Source: the human T2T-CHM13v2.0 reference genome, Homo sapiens
DNA length: 64,000 bases
Assembly (NCBI RefSeq): GCF_009914755.1
Contig: NC_060929.1
Direction: 5' to 3' (one strand)
Positions 62,681 to 64,000 of the stretch are shown here, piece by piece. The first letter of the stretch is position 1, and each line of letters starts with the position of its first letter. The notes beneath the pieces were generated by a model, which worked only from the letters and a program-made list of their open reading frames with translations, did no database searches and had not been told where the DNA came from. The position numbers were made by a program, and so were the translations under genes.

Positions 62681-62979
62681 GTTTGAACTTAACCCTAAGA
62701 ACAACTATTGGTTTTACATGAGAGAGTAATATGATCAGATTTAACATTTTAGAAAGGTCATTCTAACTTAAATATGTTATAAAAAGAACTGAACGAGAGA
62801 AGGCTGGATATGGTAAAATCAGTTAATATCCTACTGCAGATGGTGGTGGCAGCCAGTTCAAAGGTGGGGAAAAATTCCAAAAGGAAATATCATTAATAAA
62901 CAAAATAAGGAAGAAGTAATCTTCAGAAATACAAATTTTCCAGAATTTATTAAAAAAAAAACACTAATCCTCAGATTCA

Positions 62980-63222
<243 letters not shown>

Positions 63223-63365
63223 CTACAAAGCATGAAAGACATAGACAAGTAAAAACAGGTAAAGAGAAAAGACAAATTAACAACAATTAGACTAACAGAT
63301 GACTTCTTAACAGCAACAGTGGAAGCCACAAGTCAGTAGAATGGTTATCTTTAAAAGAGCTGACA

Positions 63366-64000
<635 letters not shown>

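Overview
Human/primate genomic DNA, dense in Alu, L1, L2, MIR and LTR remnants, where two genes end convergently. On the + strand the window covers the distal part of the last CYSTM1 intron and its canonical terminal exon (28747-~29230). On the - strand it covers the PFDN1 terminal exon (CDS 31417-31500) and about 32.5 kb of its last intron. The main observation is a second, diverged, intact copy of the CYSTM1 terminal coding exon at 14170-14276. It has the same splice phase and the same 107-nt length, 18/35 identical residues with many synonymous changes, and its own branch point, acceptor and AATAAA. This points to a pair of mutually exclusive homologous last exons that swap the Cys-rich membrane anchor. 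Gene and repeat identities come from recalled protein and consensus sequences, not from database searches. Repeat boundaries and subfamilies are approximate.
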